The notes beneath the pieces are model-generated. The model was not told where the DNA came from. It was given only the letters and a program-made list of their open reading frames with translations, and did not search any database. From TPA_inf: Saccharomyces (Eukaryota), in the NCBI GenBank assembly GCA_000146045.2, contig BK006936.2:544001-608000 (forward strand): a stretch of DNA of 64,000 nucleotides. Direction: 5' to 3'. Below, one piece after another: positions 1 to 10,310 of this stretch (positions are counted from its first letter, which is position 1; each line of letters opens with the position of its first letter). Position numbers and translations under genes: made by a program.

Positions 1-493
1 GCTTCTTAACCGACTTCCCATTTCCCTTGTTATTCAAAGCTTCTTCTCGCCTTCTTTTCAGTTCTTCATGGAAATGAAACGTGCAATCTTTATTATACTT
101 GATACAGTTTCTACATTTACCAGAAATCGGCTCGATTTCCGTACATCTAATCTTCCTCTTCCGACAATAATCACATGCTTTAGTCACTCTACTTTTGAAA
201 GACTCCATGTTATATGCCAGAAAATTCTTATCAGCAGGCATCATATGAGCTAATGGGTGATGTCTTAAACGGTGATCCGGAAAAGGGCTCAACTGAGGCG
301 ACATTATTGTACCAGTTGGAACAGGCGGAAAATTTGATGGTACTGGAGGCATCGCAGGGACAGCGGGGCCCATTAAAACTCTTGTATTTTCGACTCTTTG
401 ATTATGTTTCTGGTTAGCTGCCCACTCAGAACTTTGCTTTTGTGTCTTATCCATGCTTCCATGACTACTTGTAATACCAGAATCCATATTCAT
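1..493 (-). CDS. TBS1: Zn2Cys6 zinc-cluster transcription factor, N-terminal part only; ATG at 493..491 and the ORF runs off the window start
   Basis: Minus-strand translation from 493 gives [14 protein letters not shown]... and contains the zinc-cluster motif [32 protein letters not shown]. Not in the ORF track because it has no stop inside the window. Its position upstream of APD1 fits YBR150C. Confidence 0.75.
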
Positions 494-1027
494 TCACACA
501 ACTCCTGCTGGGCTTGTAATCATTGTTAACTTAAAAAAGAGTAGTCGTAATATAAAGTTTACTCTATTTTAAGTAGACTTTGGGCAGTGGCTGAAAATAG
601 GCATGATAAATCAACATTTTCTGGCGGAGTAGGGTCAAAATGAAAATGTGGACCCTTTAGGGTATTATAAATATTTTTTAAAGGGCAATTTGAACTTTTT
701 AGGTGCAAAGAAAATTCTGAAGGTATAAAAAAGAGGGTTCACCGGTGCTGCGGAAATAAAAGCGGAAATAAAGATGGAAATAAGGGCTAAAAGTTTCTTA
801 AAACAAGTGCAAGGAGAGGGAGAGTTCCACTCTTGGCGCTGATGATATCTTCTATTTATATTGTTGAGATCATATGATGATAACGCAAAGTTGAAATTCT
901 AACCGAATAGTAGTATAACATACTGGTTTTCTTTCTGTTCGAGGTATAAGAAAAGAAAGTACTTGGCTATATTCGGAGGAGGCAAGAAGGCGGCCAAGAG
1001 AGAGATATCTTCTTTGTCCTTTGAATT

Positions 1028-1978
1028 ATGGCTTTTTTGAATATTTTCAAGCAAAAACGTGGTGATGAAGCTTCACAACTGAGCGCAAAGGGACGGGAGG
1101 AAATTTCTCAATCGATTAAGATATGCAAAAGTGACGATGCTGCTAACGAACATAGCTGCTCTGGTGATTGCAAAACAGAAATTGAAGAAGGAGAGCAGGC
1201 CTTTGCGAAACTAAAGATCGAACATGAAACTCCTTTGTTGAACTCTTCTAAAACGCCAAAAATTCACTTCGTTGTCCCCACCTCTCAAATCGATTGGCAG
1301 CATGATGCCTGCCTCGAGGACCCAAAGTCAGTACAGTATAAAATTTCCCAGTGGTGTGATAAGAATTCAGCTAAATTTTCCAACGTGGGCACAGGCAAGA
1401 CACTAAACTGTGCAGTTTCATCTTTACCTAAAGATATCATGGATATTGATGTTATGCGGGGAACCAAGAATAATGTACTTATTTTGCCTTACTTCATTTG
1501 GCTGAACGACCTTAGATCAGATGACGTCGAAGCAACGCTGGATGGTTTAGTTCCTGACTTATTAGACGAGAATATTTCAAGAGAGAAATTGCTAGAAACA
1601 CGACCAAATGTTGCCGTTGCACGTGAACGTGCATTTGTATTTATATGTTCACATACTACGAGGGATAAACGATGCGGGATTACGGCACCCTATTTAAAGA
1701 AAGTTTTTGACAGTAAATTACAGGAACATGGGCTGTATAGGGACAATTCGGATTACAGGGCAGAGGGTGTCAAAATTGCATTTGTTAATCATGTTGGTGG
1801 TCACAAATTTGCTGCAAATGTTCAAATTTATTTACGAAATCCAAATACCTTAATTTGGTTGGGAAGAGTAACTCCAACCATAGTTCCTTCTATTGTCGAA
1901 CATCTGATTGTTCCTGAAGAACCAACGTTGCCGTTTCCCGAAAAAGTTCGCTGTATTAAGAAATATCAAAGCTGGTAA
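1028..1978 (+). CDS. APD1: 316-aa protein APD1 (YBR151W), thioredoxin-like ferredoxin family
   Basis: 316-aa ORF with an ATG start; length and synteny match YBR151W. Confidence 0.85.
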   Translation: MAFLNIFKQKRGDEASQLSAKGREEISQSIKICKSDDAANEHSCSGDCKTEIEEGEQAFAKLKIEHETPLLNSSKTPKIHFVVPTSQIDWQHDACLEDPKSVQYKISQWCDKNSAKFSNVGTGKTLNCAVSSLPKDIMDIDVMRGTKNNVLILPYFIWLNDLRSDDVEATLDGLVPDLLDENISREKLLETRPNVAVARERAFVFICSHTTRDKRCGITAPYLKKVFDSKLQEHGLYRDNSDYRAEGVKIAFVNHVGGHKFAANVQIYLRNPNTLIWLGRVTPTIVPSIVEHLIVPEEPTLPFPEKVRCIKKYQSW

Positions 1979-2375
1979 AGGTTGGCCAGCAAAATACAAT
2001 CTTTTGACGCCATAAAATTTGCCATCAGAGTAGCTTTTAAATGTACATAGTTCTAAAGCACGCATATATATTTATAACGCTAAGATGATAATGAAAAGTT
2101 TTATTTGCAAAAGGGATCCTGTATTTCAACTTTCCATACATGAAAGATTCTTTGGCCATTTTCTTAATCCATTTCATATTTTCATCTGATTTTTTTTCTG
2201 TTTTCCACTTGCTGCTCATTATTTCATTTTATAATTTTTGCAAACATGCAATATTTCGCCATATATTGAGAAAAGCAATTCTTCGTTGTTCCCAGTAAAG
2301 AAAGAACAAATGCAGATTTCTACCGCCACCGCTAGATTAAGAATTTTTTTTGGTTACTGATTTGAATCACATACG

Positions 2376-3251
2376 ATGAGTTTTAGACATTTCAAGAGGA
2401 GACTTGACACAAGCTCAGCAGATGAAAGCTCTTCGGCGGATGAAGAGCATCCAGACCAAAACGTATCTCTAACAGAAAAATCAGCCTCATTAAGCCATAG
2501 TGATTTGGGCGGCGAAATTTTAAATGGTACAGGAAAGAACCGCACCCCCAATGATGGCCAAGAATCAAATGAAAGTGATGGGAGTCCCGAAAGTGATGAG
2601 AGTCCCGAAAGTGAAGAAAGTAGCGACAACAGTGATTCGAGCGATAGTGACGATATGAGACCTTTACCGAGGCCATTATTTATGAAGAAAAAGGCCAATA
2701 ATTTGCAGAAAGCTACCAAGATAGATCAACCCTGGAATGCCCAAGATGACGCACGAGTTCTGCAAACAAAGAAGGAAAATATGATAAAAAACATCGACAA
2801 AGCTAATCAAGTGGCAAAGAACTACGAAACGATGAAGCTGAGACTTAACACCAATTACAGCACCAACGAAGAATTGATCAAGCAGTGCTTGCTCTTAGAT
2901 GATAACGATGAAGTCGATTCAGAAAAGGAGAGACAGAAATGGTTTGAAAGGCAGAACGAACGAAAGCAAAAGCATAGAAGAATACAACTTGCGAAACAAA
3001 GAGAATCAGAAGAATATGAGGCAAAACGATTTGAAGCGATGCAAAAAGGCAAAGATGGGAATACCAAATACGACGTTATCTTGGACAAGGAGAAAGAGAA
3101 ACTTGATCACAAAAAACAAAGATCGGCTGAAAAAGTAGAAAAATCTCACAATAACAACCGTTACAAGATTACAAGAACTAAAAATGTTGAATTTGGTGAC
3201 CTAGGCAAGAATAGTAGAGATTACGAAGAAACTGAATATTCGGTTATATAA
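2376..3251 (+). CDS. SPP381: U4/U6.U5 tri-snRNP protein, 291 aa, Ser/Asp/Glu-rich
   Basis: 291-aa ORF with an acidic serine-rich low-complexity stretch (SDGSPESDESPESEESSDNSDSSDSDD) and a K/E-rich C-terminus; length and position match YBR152W. Confidence 0.85.
   Translation: MSFRHFKRRLDTSSADESSSADEEHPDQNVSLTEKSASLSHSDLGGEILNGTGKNRTPNDGQESNESDGSPESDESPESEESSDNSDSSDSDDMRPLPRPLFMKKKANNLQKATKIDQPWNAQDDARVLQTKKENMIKNIDKANQVAKNYETMKLRLNTNYSTNEELIKQCLLLDDNDEVDSEKERQKWFERQNERKQKHRRIQLAKQRESEEYEAKRFEAMQKGKDGNTKYDVILDKEKEKLDHKKQRSAEKVEKSHNNNRYKITRTKNVEFGDLGKNSRDYEETEYSVI
2576..2611 (+). repeat. SPP381: 18-bp tandem repeat ×2 (gatgRgagtcccgaaagt) inside SPP381 coding sequence, encoding D(G/E)SPES
   Basis: Direct repeat 2576..2593 and 2594..2611 with one mismatch. 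Confidence 0.8.
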
Positions 3252-3459
3252 CACCGCATCACACACACAAACCCACATGCCTTTCAGTTAGTTGATGTCG
3301 GGAAAATCCCGAAACAGAAAAAAGAGGCAAAGATGAAGATATCAAATTTTTTCGCAGAACCATTACATCTGGCTTTGGATACGATGAAACAATCTAGCAG
3401 AAATACAGTACCAACCTATTGGTAGCTTCTTTGTATTACTATCAACATTTTTAGAAGAT

Positions 3460-4194
3460 ATGTCTTTGACACCACTGTGTGAAGATTTACCACAATTTCT
3501 GCAAAACTATCTACCGAATGCTGGTCAAACGGAAAATACCATTGTGCCCTTTGTCACACTAACTTATGCTCAATCGCTCGACGCGAGAGTATCTAGGGGC
3601 CCTGGAGTGAGGACTACAATTTCACATCCCGAGACCAAAACAATGACGCATTATTTGAGACATCATCACGATGGAATACTCGTAGGAAGTGGAACAGTGC
3701 TAGCTGATAATCCTGGATTGAATTGTAAATGGGGTCCCGATCCGGCTGCAAATTCCCCAAGGCCAATAATAATAGATACAAAGCAAAAGTGGCGATTTGA
3801 TGGTTCAAAAATGCAAGAACTTTTTATTAAACGACAGGGTAAGCCGCCAATCGTTGTTGTCACAAGTGAGCCCATTATAAAAGAACAACATGTAGACTAC
3901 GCAATTTGTCCAATAAATGATACTACGAAATTGGTCGATTGGAAGAAATTGTTTGAGATATTAAAAGAAGAATTCAATATAAGGTCAGTAATGGTTGAAG
4001 GAGGTGCCAATGTAATAAATCAGTTGTTGCTGAGGAGCGATATTGTCAACAGTCTTATAATAACTATTGGATCAACATTTCTGGGTAGCTCAGGCACCGA
4101 AGTTAGCCCACCCCAAACAGTAAATTTAAAGGATATGTCATGGTGGAAGGGCATTACCGATGTGGTGCTTTGTGCGAGACTGGCCGATGACTAA
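3460..4194 (+). CDS. RIB7: Riboflavin biosynthesis pyrimidine reductase, 244 aa
   Basis: 244-aa ORF with RibD C-terminal reductase-like motifs (GILVGSGTVLADNP); synteny matches YBR153W. Confidence 0.85.
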   Translation: MSLTPLCEDLPQFLQNYLPNAGQTENTIVPFVTLTYAQSLDARVSRGPGVRTTISHPETKTMTHYLRHHHDGILVGSGTVLADNPGLNCKWGPDPAANSPRPIIIDTKQKWRFDGSKMQELFIKRQGKPPIVVVTSEPIIKEQHVDYAICPINDTTKLVDWKKLFEILKEEFNIRSVMVEGGANVINQLLLRSDIVNSLIITIGSTFLGSSGTEVSPPQTVNLKDMSWWKGITDVVLCARLADD

Positions 4195-4361
4195 TAGTGT
4201 TAGAACTCCACCTTCTGTGTAATTTCTTTCTGAAATTAGTGAAAAAAACGCGCCTTTCAAATTTTCATACTAGTGATTGGTTTATTGCAGATTATTTATT
4301 TCTAATTGTACATATTCTTGTTATTTTATATTATATGAAAGGGGTAAATCCAAATGCCACT

Positions 4362-5009
4362 CTACATACAGATTCTGTAACTGGCATAACGACCAGAGGT
4401 TTCACTTTTTCTTATGATTTTAACTACTTCGCCTCTTTTCAATCCCAAGTATAAGGCTACAGGATCAGCTCTTTGAATTCTTGGCAATTGGGATTCCTTC
4501 AATCTATACCTTTTTAAAAGCTCTCTTTTCTCATCACTACTCAATCTGATATGCTTTGGAACCAATTCGTGGTGAGTAATATTAACCACTAAGGCAGCTT
4601 CATTAAAAGTTTCAATGGTGGCTGGTGGTATAGAAGGCACCAATTTCATTGCACTTGGTGTAATATTATTTTGGTAAACAAAGATACCTGTTTGGAAATT
4701 TTTTTCTTGAATATGTATAACAAAAGTCTTCATTGTCTTTACACCAACGGAAGGCTCATCACAAAATTCTACCCATAAGGAGCCCATGTCTGGGAACTTT
4801 GATATAGATTCTTCTGTTGGATTTGCCTGGAAGGACATCATTTTACGTTGTGGTCTGCCCATGGAGTCACAATACTTGGCCTTGAAATCTTCCAATGGCA
4901 ATTCGACTTCCTCTTGAGTGATAAAATAACCCCTGTCCTTAACCATTTCTTTTACTGTTCTGAATGCTCTCCATAATCTTGAGATGTTTCTTTCATTTTC
5001 TTGGTCCAT
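4362..5009 (-). CDS. RPB5: RNA polymerase I/II/III shared subunit Rpb5 (ABC27), 215 aa
   Basis: The translation [46 protein letters not shown]... is the canonical Rpb5 sequence. Confidence 0.95.
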
Positions 5010-5770
5010 TGTCTTAGCTTATTAGTAATATCCACCTGCGCACAAATTTTGTAAATCCCCTACTAATTTAATTTGAATTCAAATTGGCTCGTGATCTGTT
5101 GACCCTTGTTAGCAACGTTTGTAATCTTCCTCACCGAATTGCGTCGTTTTGAATAATATATATGATTGAAAATTTTTCAAGAGAAAAGAAAAATTTTTCC
5201 TTCCGCGGTCAGCCATTGCTAAAAAAAGGCCTCCGTTAGGAGTCGAATAGAGGACAACAACAATACATTGCCACTTTAATTTTAAATGCTTGCATATTAA
5301 CTAGCGATCAGATGCTCTGCTCTATATAAAATAAATTATTGATACGGTTTCTAGTCTCGGTTGATGATAAGAGTACGTTAATCCACCTACCGAGCATTAC
5401 CAAGATATCTGGCACTTTATATGTAGAGAGTCTGTGTTCTCAAGTTTACTTGTGCGGATAATGAGCTTAAAGACTTAAATACTAAAAGCGTATGCGTTCG
5501 TATCTCTGTTTAGGCACCTTGTACAGTTTCACAGAAAACTGTGTAATGTGTGATTATAGTACACAGAACAAAATAACTTCACCTCATCTCTTTCTTAACG
5601 CAGTGAGGAAAAAGGTGGAAAAAAAAGAAAGAAAAAAAGAATATGTGTAATTTCCGGCACTTTTCAGAGCGATGAGCTTAAATTCAAAAGCAGCATTGAA
5701 TTAAAAGTGAGGTCTTGAGCACTACATTCTAGCAAGTAAAAGAAAAGAATAAATTGGTTTTGCATCTAGA

Positions 5771-6928
5771 ATGAGCTCCGTTAACGCAAATGGAGGATAT
5801 ACCAAACCACAAAAATATGTGCCAGGGCCAGGTGATCCTGAACTTCCACCCCAACTATCCGAATTTAAAGATAAAACATCGGATGAAATCTTGAAAGAAA
5901 TGAACAGAATGCCTTTTTTCATGACCAAGTTGGATGAAACAGACGGTGCAGGTGGTGAAAACGTGGAGTTAGAAGCTTTAAAGGCATTAGCTTATGAAGG
6001 CGAACCACACGAAATCGCTGAAAATTTCAAGAAGCAAGGTAACGAACTATACAAAGCAAAAAGATTCAAGGATGCAAGGGAACTTTACTCAAAGGGCTTG
6101 GCTGTAGAATGCGAAGATAAATCAATAAATGAGTCACTATATGCCAATAGAGCGGCATGTGAGTTAGAGCTGAAAAATTACAGGAGGTGTATCGAGGACT
6201 GCAGTAAAGCTCTAACTATTAACCCCAAGAATGTTAAGTGCTACTATCGTACAAGCAAGGCTTTTTTCCAATTAAACAAGTTGGAGGAGGCCAAATCAGC
6301 CGCAACATTTGCCAATCAAAGGATTGACCCAGAGAACAAATCAATTTTGAATATGTTATCAGTGATTGATAGAAAAGAACAAGAATTGAAAGCAAAAGAA
6401 GAAAAACAGCAAAGAGAAGCTCAGGAACGTGAAAACAAGAAAATTATGTTAGAGAGCGCAATGACGCTGAGAAACATAACTAACATCAAAACTCACTCTC
6501 CAGTAGAGTTACTTAATGAGGGTAAAATAAGGCTAGAAGACCCAATGGATTTTGAATCTCAATTGATCTATCCCGCATTAATTATGTACCCCACGCAAGA
6601 TGAATTTGATTTTGTAGGTGAAGTAAGTGAGTTAACTACTGTGCAAGAACTTGTTGACCTAGTTTTGGAAGGGCCGCAAGAACGCTTCAAAAAAGAAGGT
6701 AAGGAAAACTTCACACCAAAGAAAGTGTTGGTGTTCATGGAAACAAAGGCAGGTGGTTTGATTAAAGCTGGTAAGAAACTGACATTTCACGATATCTTGA
6801 AGAAAGAGTCGCCAGATGTACCATTGTTCGATAACGCTTTGAAAATATATATTGTGCCAAAGGTAGAAAGTGAAGGGTGGATTTCCAAGTGGGATAAGCA
6901 AAAAGCCTTAGAAAGAAGATCTGTGTGA
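5771..6928 (+). CDS. CNS1: TPR-repeat Hsp90 co-chaperone, 385 aa
   Basis: 385-aa ORF with TPR repeats (AENFKKQGNELYKAKRFKDARELYSKGL...); synteny matches YBR155W. Confidence 0.85.
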   Translation: MSSVNANGGYTKPQKYVPGPGDPELPPQLSEFKDKTSDEILKEMNRMPFFMTKLDETDGAGGENVELEALKALAYEGEPHEIAENFKKQGNELYKAKRFKDARELYSKGLAVECEDKSINESLYANRAACELELKNYRRCIEDCSKALTINPKNVKCYYRTSKAFFQLNKLEEAKSAATFANQRIDPENKSILNMLSVIDRKEQELKAKEEKQQREAQERENKKIMLESAMTLRNITNIKTHSPVELLNEGKIRLEDPMDFESQLIYPALIMYPTQDEFDFVGEVSELTTVQELVDLVLEGPQERFKKEGKENFTPKKVLVFMETKAGGLIKAGKKLTFHDILKKESPDVPLFDNALKIYIVPKVESEGWISKWDKQKALERRSV

Positions 6929-7103
6929 AGTGTCAAATAGTTAAAAATATGTAACGCAAAGTTGTAGATAGAAATAACAAAGCAAGAAGGAAAAGTAAAG
7001 AAAGTGAACGATATACGTAATGCAGGGGGAATACCAGAGTATTTAAAGTGTACTTGATTTAATGTTAACCAGTTTGAATTTTTCTTTTCTGGGGTAATCG
7101 AAT

Positions 7104-9200
7104 TCAAGACCTTTTGGGCACAATTTGACGCGGTTTCAACCTGTTTAGCCTAGGATTTGGGAAAATTTCATCGGTGTGCAAAGGCGGAATTGGTCCAAAG
7201 ATAGTTTGTGGATTTATATCTTGCTGTCTTATCAATTGCTCTTGCAAATACGGGGATTTAGCCCATGCCGCTAAAGTTACGCTAGCCTCATCTTCAGAAT
7301 CAGTATTTATCTCTGGTAAAGAATCATTGACAGAGGCTATCTTTGGGGTCACATTTCCGATTATTTCTCGATGGTCAACTGTATTTATTGTGGCCAATAT
7401 ATTGTCGGTACTAAATGCAGTATTTTTGTTGATGGTATCTCGCACATGATTATCGAAAGGAGCCAAAGATTCTTTTAGACGTATGTCCTTGTAGTCATTA
7501 CTAAAGCTTGTTTGCTTTTTTAGATCTTGTTCCAAATGCGACATCCTTTTTTGTTTCTCTTGTTTACGCCGATGATGTTCCTGTTGAGACCTCATAATTC
7601 CTGATAACCTTTTATCAAACTTTTTTTTTAAGTCATCTCGTTCTGCCTCTGCTGGTGGAAGTAATTGAAGGTTTGTAAGCCGATAATTTTTGGATTTACG
7701 AGACTCTGGCTTGGAGATGTCAGCAATATTCGGAGAAAGTTTTCTTAATGTTTTCTCTTTAATTTTCAAACGATGTGGCGTTTGCGACGTTGTTAAATTT
7801 TTATTTTTATTAGGCGAAATAGACGCTTTTGTTGGTCTCAAATAACCTCTTACAGGGCTTTGGTAATAATTTTTAACTTCTTTAGATGGCGAGCTTGAAT
7901 CGACACTTATTTTTGTTGGAGAAATACTGTGCGGTCTTGAACCAGTTTTATGAACATCACTAGAGTGTTTGGACTTCTTTTTCTGTTCTGCAATGATTGC
8001 TAGCTTTTTGTGTGTCGTTAGCTTCAAAGAAGTCTTATCAAACCTCGGAATAGAGGATTTTCGAGAGTTTTTTCCTTTGGGTGAATTATTTTTGGTTATT
8101 TTATTTTTTACTGAGAATATATCTCTTAACGCTTCTTGCATATCAGTATCCGTGGAGTTTATTGACTTAAACTTTTGAGAAACTTTTTTCATGGGGGAGC
8201 CTGTTAAATCGATTGATGAAGAGGAGTATTTGTGACCAACGTTTCCACGGGAAATTTTGTTTTCAAATGATTTTGTTGGAATAGATGATAGCCTATCGAA
8301 AACACTGGATGCTTTTGTAGATCCCGCGGTATCACTGTTTTCCACAGCTCTTATAGCAGGACTATTTATCGTAGATTTTTTTTTAAATGCGATTGGTGAT
8401 TCCTTTACTGTTCGTACTTTTGGTATTGATCCTGAAGATTTTGTTGGTGGAATGTGTTGAATAATAAGAGGATCTTTATTCGGCAGTGGAACAAACATAT
8501 TCGACCTTCTTTGAGATCTCGCTATCCCAGAATTCGGTGGTGGTTTCACCTTTACTGATTCAGCTTTCTTTAAAGCTTGAAGTATAGGTTCATTCTCCAT
8601 TTCTTCCTTAGCCGCCCATGTTTGATTATCGAAGCGTTTTGTATTAATCGGAGACTCCGAAGTCTTGGAGGATTCTCTTAGAACCTTTTCAACTTTGTAA
8701 GGTGACCATGGTGAGGATTTTTCGCTTTCATTGGCGTCGACTTTAACGCTATTCAATGGCTCAACCGGGCTTTTATTGGTATCATGTATACTAAATCTAT
8801 TCATTCCTTCGGTGACTTCCTTCCTGCGGAGTGATTTAGGCGTGATACTTTTATCGTTATGTAATCCATTTCTGGGTGTCTTAGTAACGTCTTTTGCGGC
8901 ATCATTCTGGGAGTTAGAAAGTTCATATTCTCCTTTCATTTTAGGAAATTCGACATCCATTTTGTTATGCGTATTTTCGGGGCTAATTAAAGACTCTTCC
9001 ATCTTTTTGTCTTCATACTTGAGTGTATTCATATAAACATTATTTCTTAACCATTCACTACTTTCGTACAATCGTTGATTTATTTCTGAATGTGCATCTG
9101 TTGTTAGATTATTTAGATCATCGAGGGTTTCTATGATTGAACGGGTAGAGCCTGGCTTCCTTTGAGTTTTCTTCCTAGCTGCTTTGATTGCCCAGTCCAT
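7104..9200 (-). CDS. SLI15: Chromosomal passenger complex subunit (INCENP homologue), 698 aa
   Basis: 698-aa basic, Ser/Lys-rich ORF; length and synteny match YBR156C. Confidence 0.85.
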   Translation of the reverse strand: MDWAIKAARKKTQRKPGSTRSIIETLDDLNNLTTDAHSEINQRLYESSEWLRNNVYMNTLKYEDKKMEESLISPENTHNKMDVEFPKMKGEYELSNSQNDAAKDVTKTPRNGLHNDKSITPKSLRRKEVTEGMNRFSIHDTNKSPVEPLNSVKVDANESEKSSPWSPYKVEKVLRESSKTSESPINTKRFDNQTWAAKEEMENEPILQALKKAESVKVKPPPNSGIARSQRRSNMFVPLPNKDPLIIQHIPPTKSSGSIPKVRTVKESPIAFKKKSTINSPAIRAVENSDTAGSTKASSVFDRLSSIPTKSFENKISRGNVGHKYSSSSIDLTGSPMKKVSQKFKSINSTDTDMQEALRDIFSVKNKITKNNSPKGKNSRKSSIPRFDKTSLKLTTHKKLAIIAEQKKKSKHSSDVHKTGSRPHSISPTKISVDSSSPSKEVKNYYQSPVRGYLRPTKASISPNKNKNLTTSQTPHRLKIKEKTLRKLSPNIADISKPESRKSKNYRLTNLQLLPPAEAERDDLKKKFDKRLSGIMRSQQEHHRRKQEKQKRMSHLEQDLKKQTSFSNDYKDIRLKESLAPFDNHVRDTINKNTAFSTDNILATINTVDHREIIGNVTPKIASVNDSLPEINTDSEDEASVTLAAWAKSPYLQEQLIRQQDINPQTIFGPIPPLHTDEIFPNPRLNRLKPRQIVPKRS

Positions 9201-9542
9201 TGTTTAAATCTTCGGGCTCTTTCAAAGTCCGTCAGTTGAGGAGATACTTTGAAACGTTTTGTTTGTATCATTGGCAATACTTGAAACGAGTTTTTGTTTG
9301 TTTTCTTTTTTTAGTTAATTCGCGAAATTTAAAATATGAAGATCGGTTTCAGAACAGAATGGATCAGGCTTTTCCGCGTATAAGAAATAATAACACTGAC
9401 ATAACGCTATAACGAAACAGCGTAACAAAATACTCTTTACATGGTTTATTTTTATATATTCATTTAACATTATCAAAACTAACATTAAGTCCTTTATTTA
9501 TCAAAACAAACGAAAAAAAAAAATGCGAGACAAATGATCCAG

Positions 9543-10310
9543 TCATTTATTGTCAATATCTAAGTCAATTAGTGGTTGCAATATGTCTCCAGTTTCCACT
9601 TTATGAGCAAAAATTTTGCCCTCAATATTTATCTGATTTTTTTCAGCGAATTCTTTCAAACTCCCGAATCTACCGCTTGCGTTTCTTCTTAATTGTTCAT
9701 TGGTATTCATGATTGTGTTTTTCGGGGACATTTGGTGGGTATATGAAGTATCCGGTGAAGAATGATATTCTTTGTCCAAGAAAGAACTTGCCAATGAAGT
9801 TTTTCTTGAATTGACGCCTATGCTTGAATTAGAATCGTACCCGTCAATGAAATTTGGCTTACAAGACCTGCTGAATGAGATTGCATGACTTTTTCTGTGG
9901 TAACTTTTCCTTCGCCCTGAAGGCTTTGTAAGTTCGTGTGATAATGAACGTGAATGCGAATGTGATGATAATTCATTACTTTCTACCCTTAAAGGTGATA
10001 CCGCATTAGGCTTTCTTGGACATATGGAGGAATTTCTCCTCGTTTTCACACCATCCTTGTCTCCAGGGAAAGAGTAGGTCTTCAGCTTGTTGAACAGAGC
10101 TTCGCCTTGAGACTCTTCAAAATAAAAGCTCTTTTCGTACTCATGGGGTTGTTTGCTGCTATCGAACTGAGATTCTGTTGAAGAGAGAGAGCTGAAACGT
10201 CCATAGAGTGGGCTGCCAAGTGATTTAATGGATGTACTAGATTGACTGCCCGTAGTAGGAAAACTAAATGTGCTTATTCTTTCTCTTTCTTTTTGCTCAA
10301 ATTTGCCCAT
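9543..10310 (-). CDS. ICS2: Ser-rich protein of unknown function (Increased Copper Sensitivity), 255 aa
   Basis: 255-aa ORF with an ATG start; length and synteny match YBR157C. Confidence 0.75.
   Translation of the reverse strand: MGKFEQKERERISTFSFPTTGSQSSTSIKSLGSPLYGRFSSLSSTESQFDSSKQPHEYEKSFYFEESQGEALFNKLKTYSFPGDKDGVKTRRNSSICPRKPNAVSPLRVESNELSSHSHSRSLSHELTKPSGRRKSYHRKSHAISFSRSCKPNFIDGYDSNSSIGVNSRKTSLASSFLDKEYHSSPDTSYTHQMSPKNTIMNTNEQLRRNASGRFGSLKEFAEKNQINIEGKIFAHKVETGDILQPLIDLDIDNK

Noticed and set aside
2354-2719. 121-aa and 94-aa ORFs antisense to SPP381
   Set aside because: They lie entirely within the SPP381 coding region across its acidic Ser-rich repeat. The low-complexity sequence keeps the antisense frames open, and there is no independent support.
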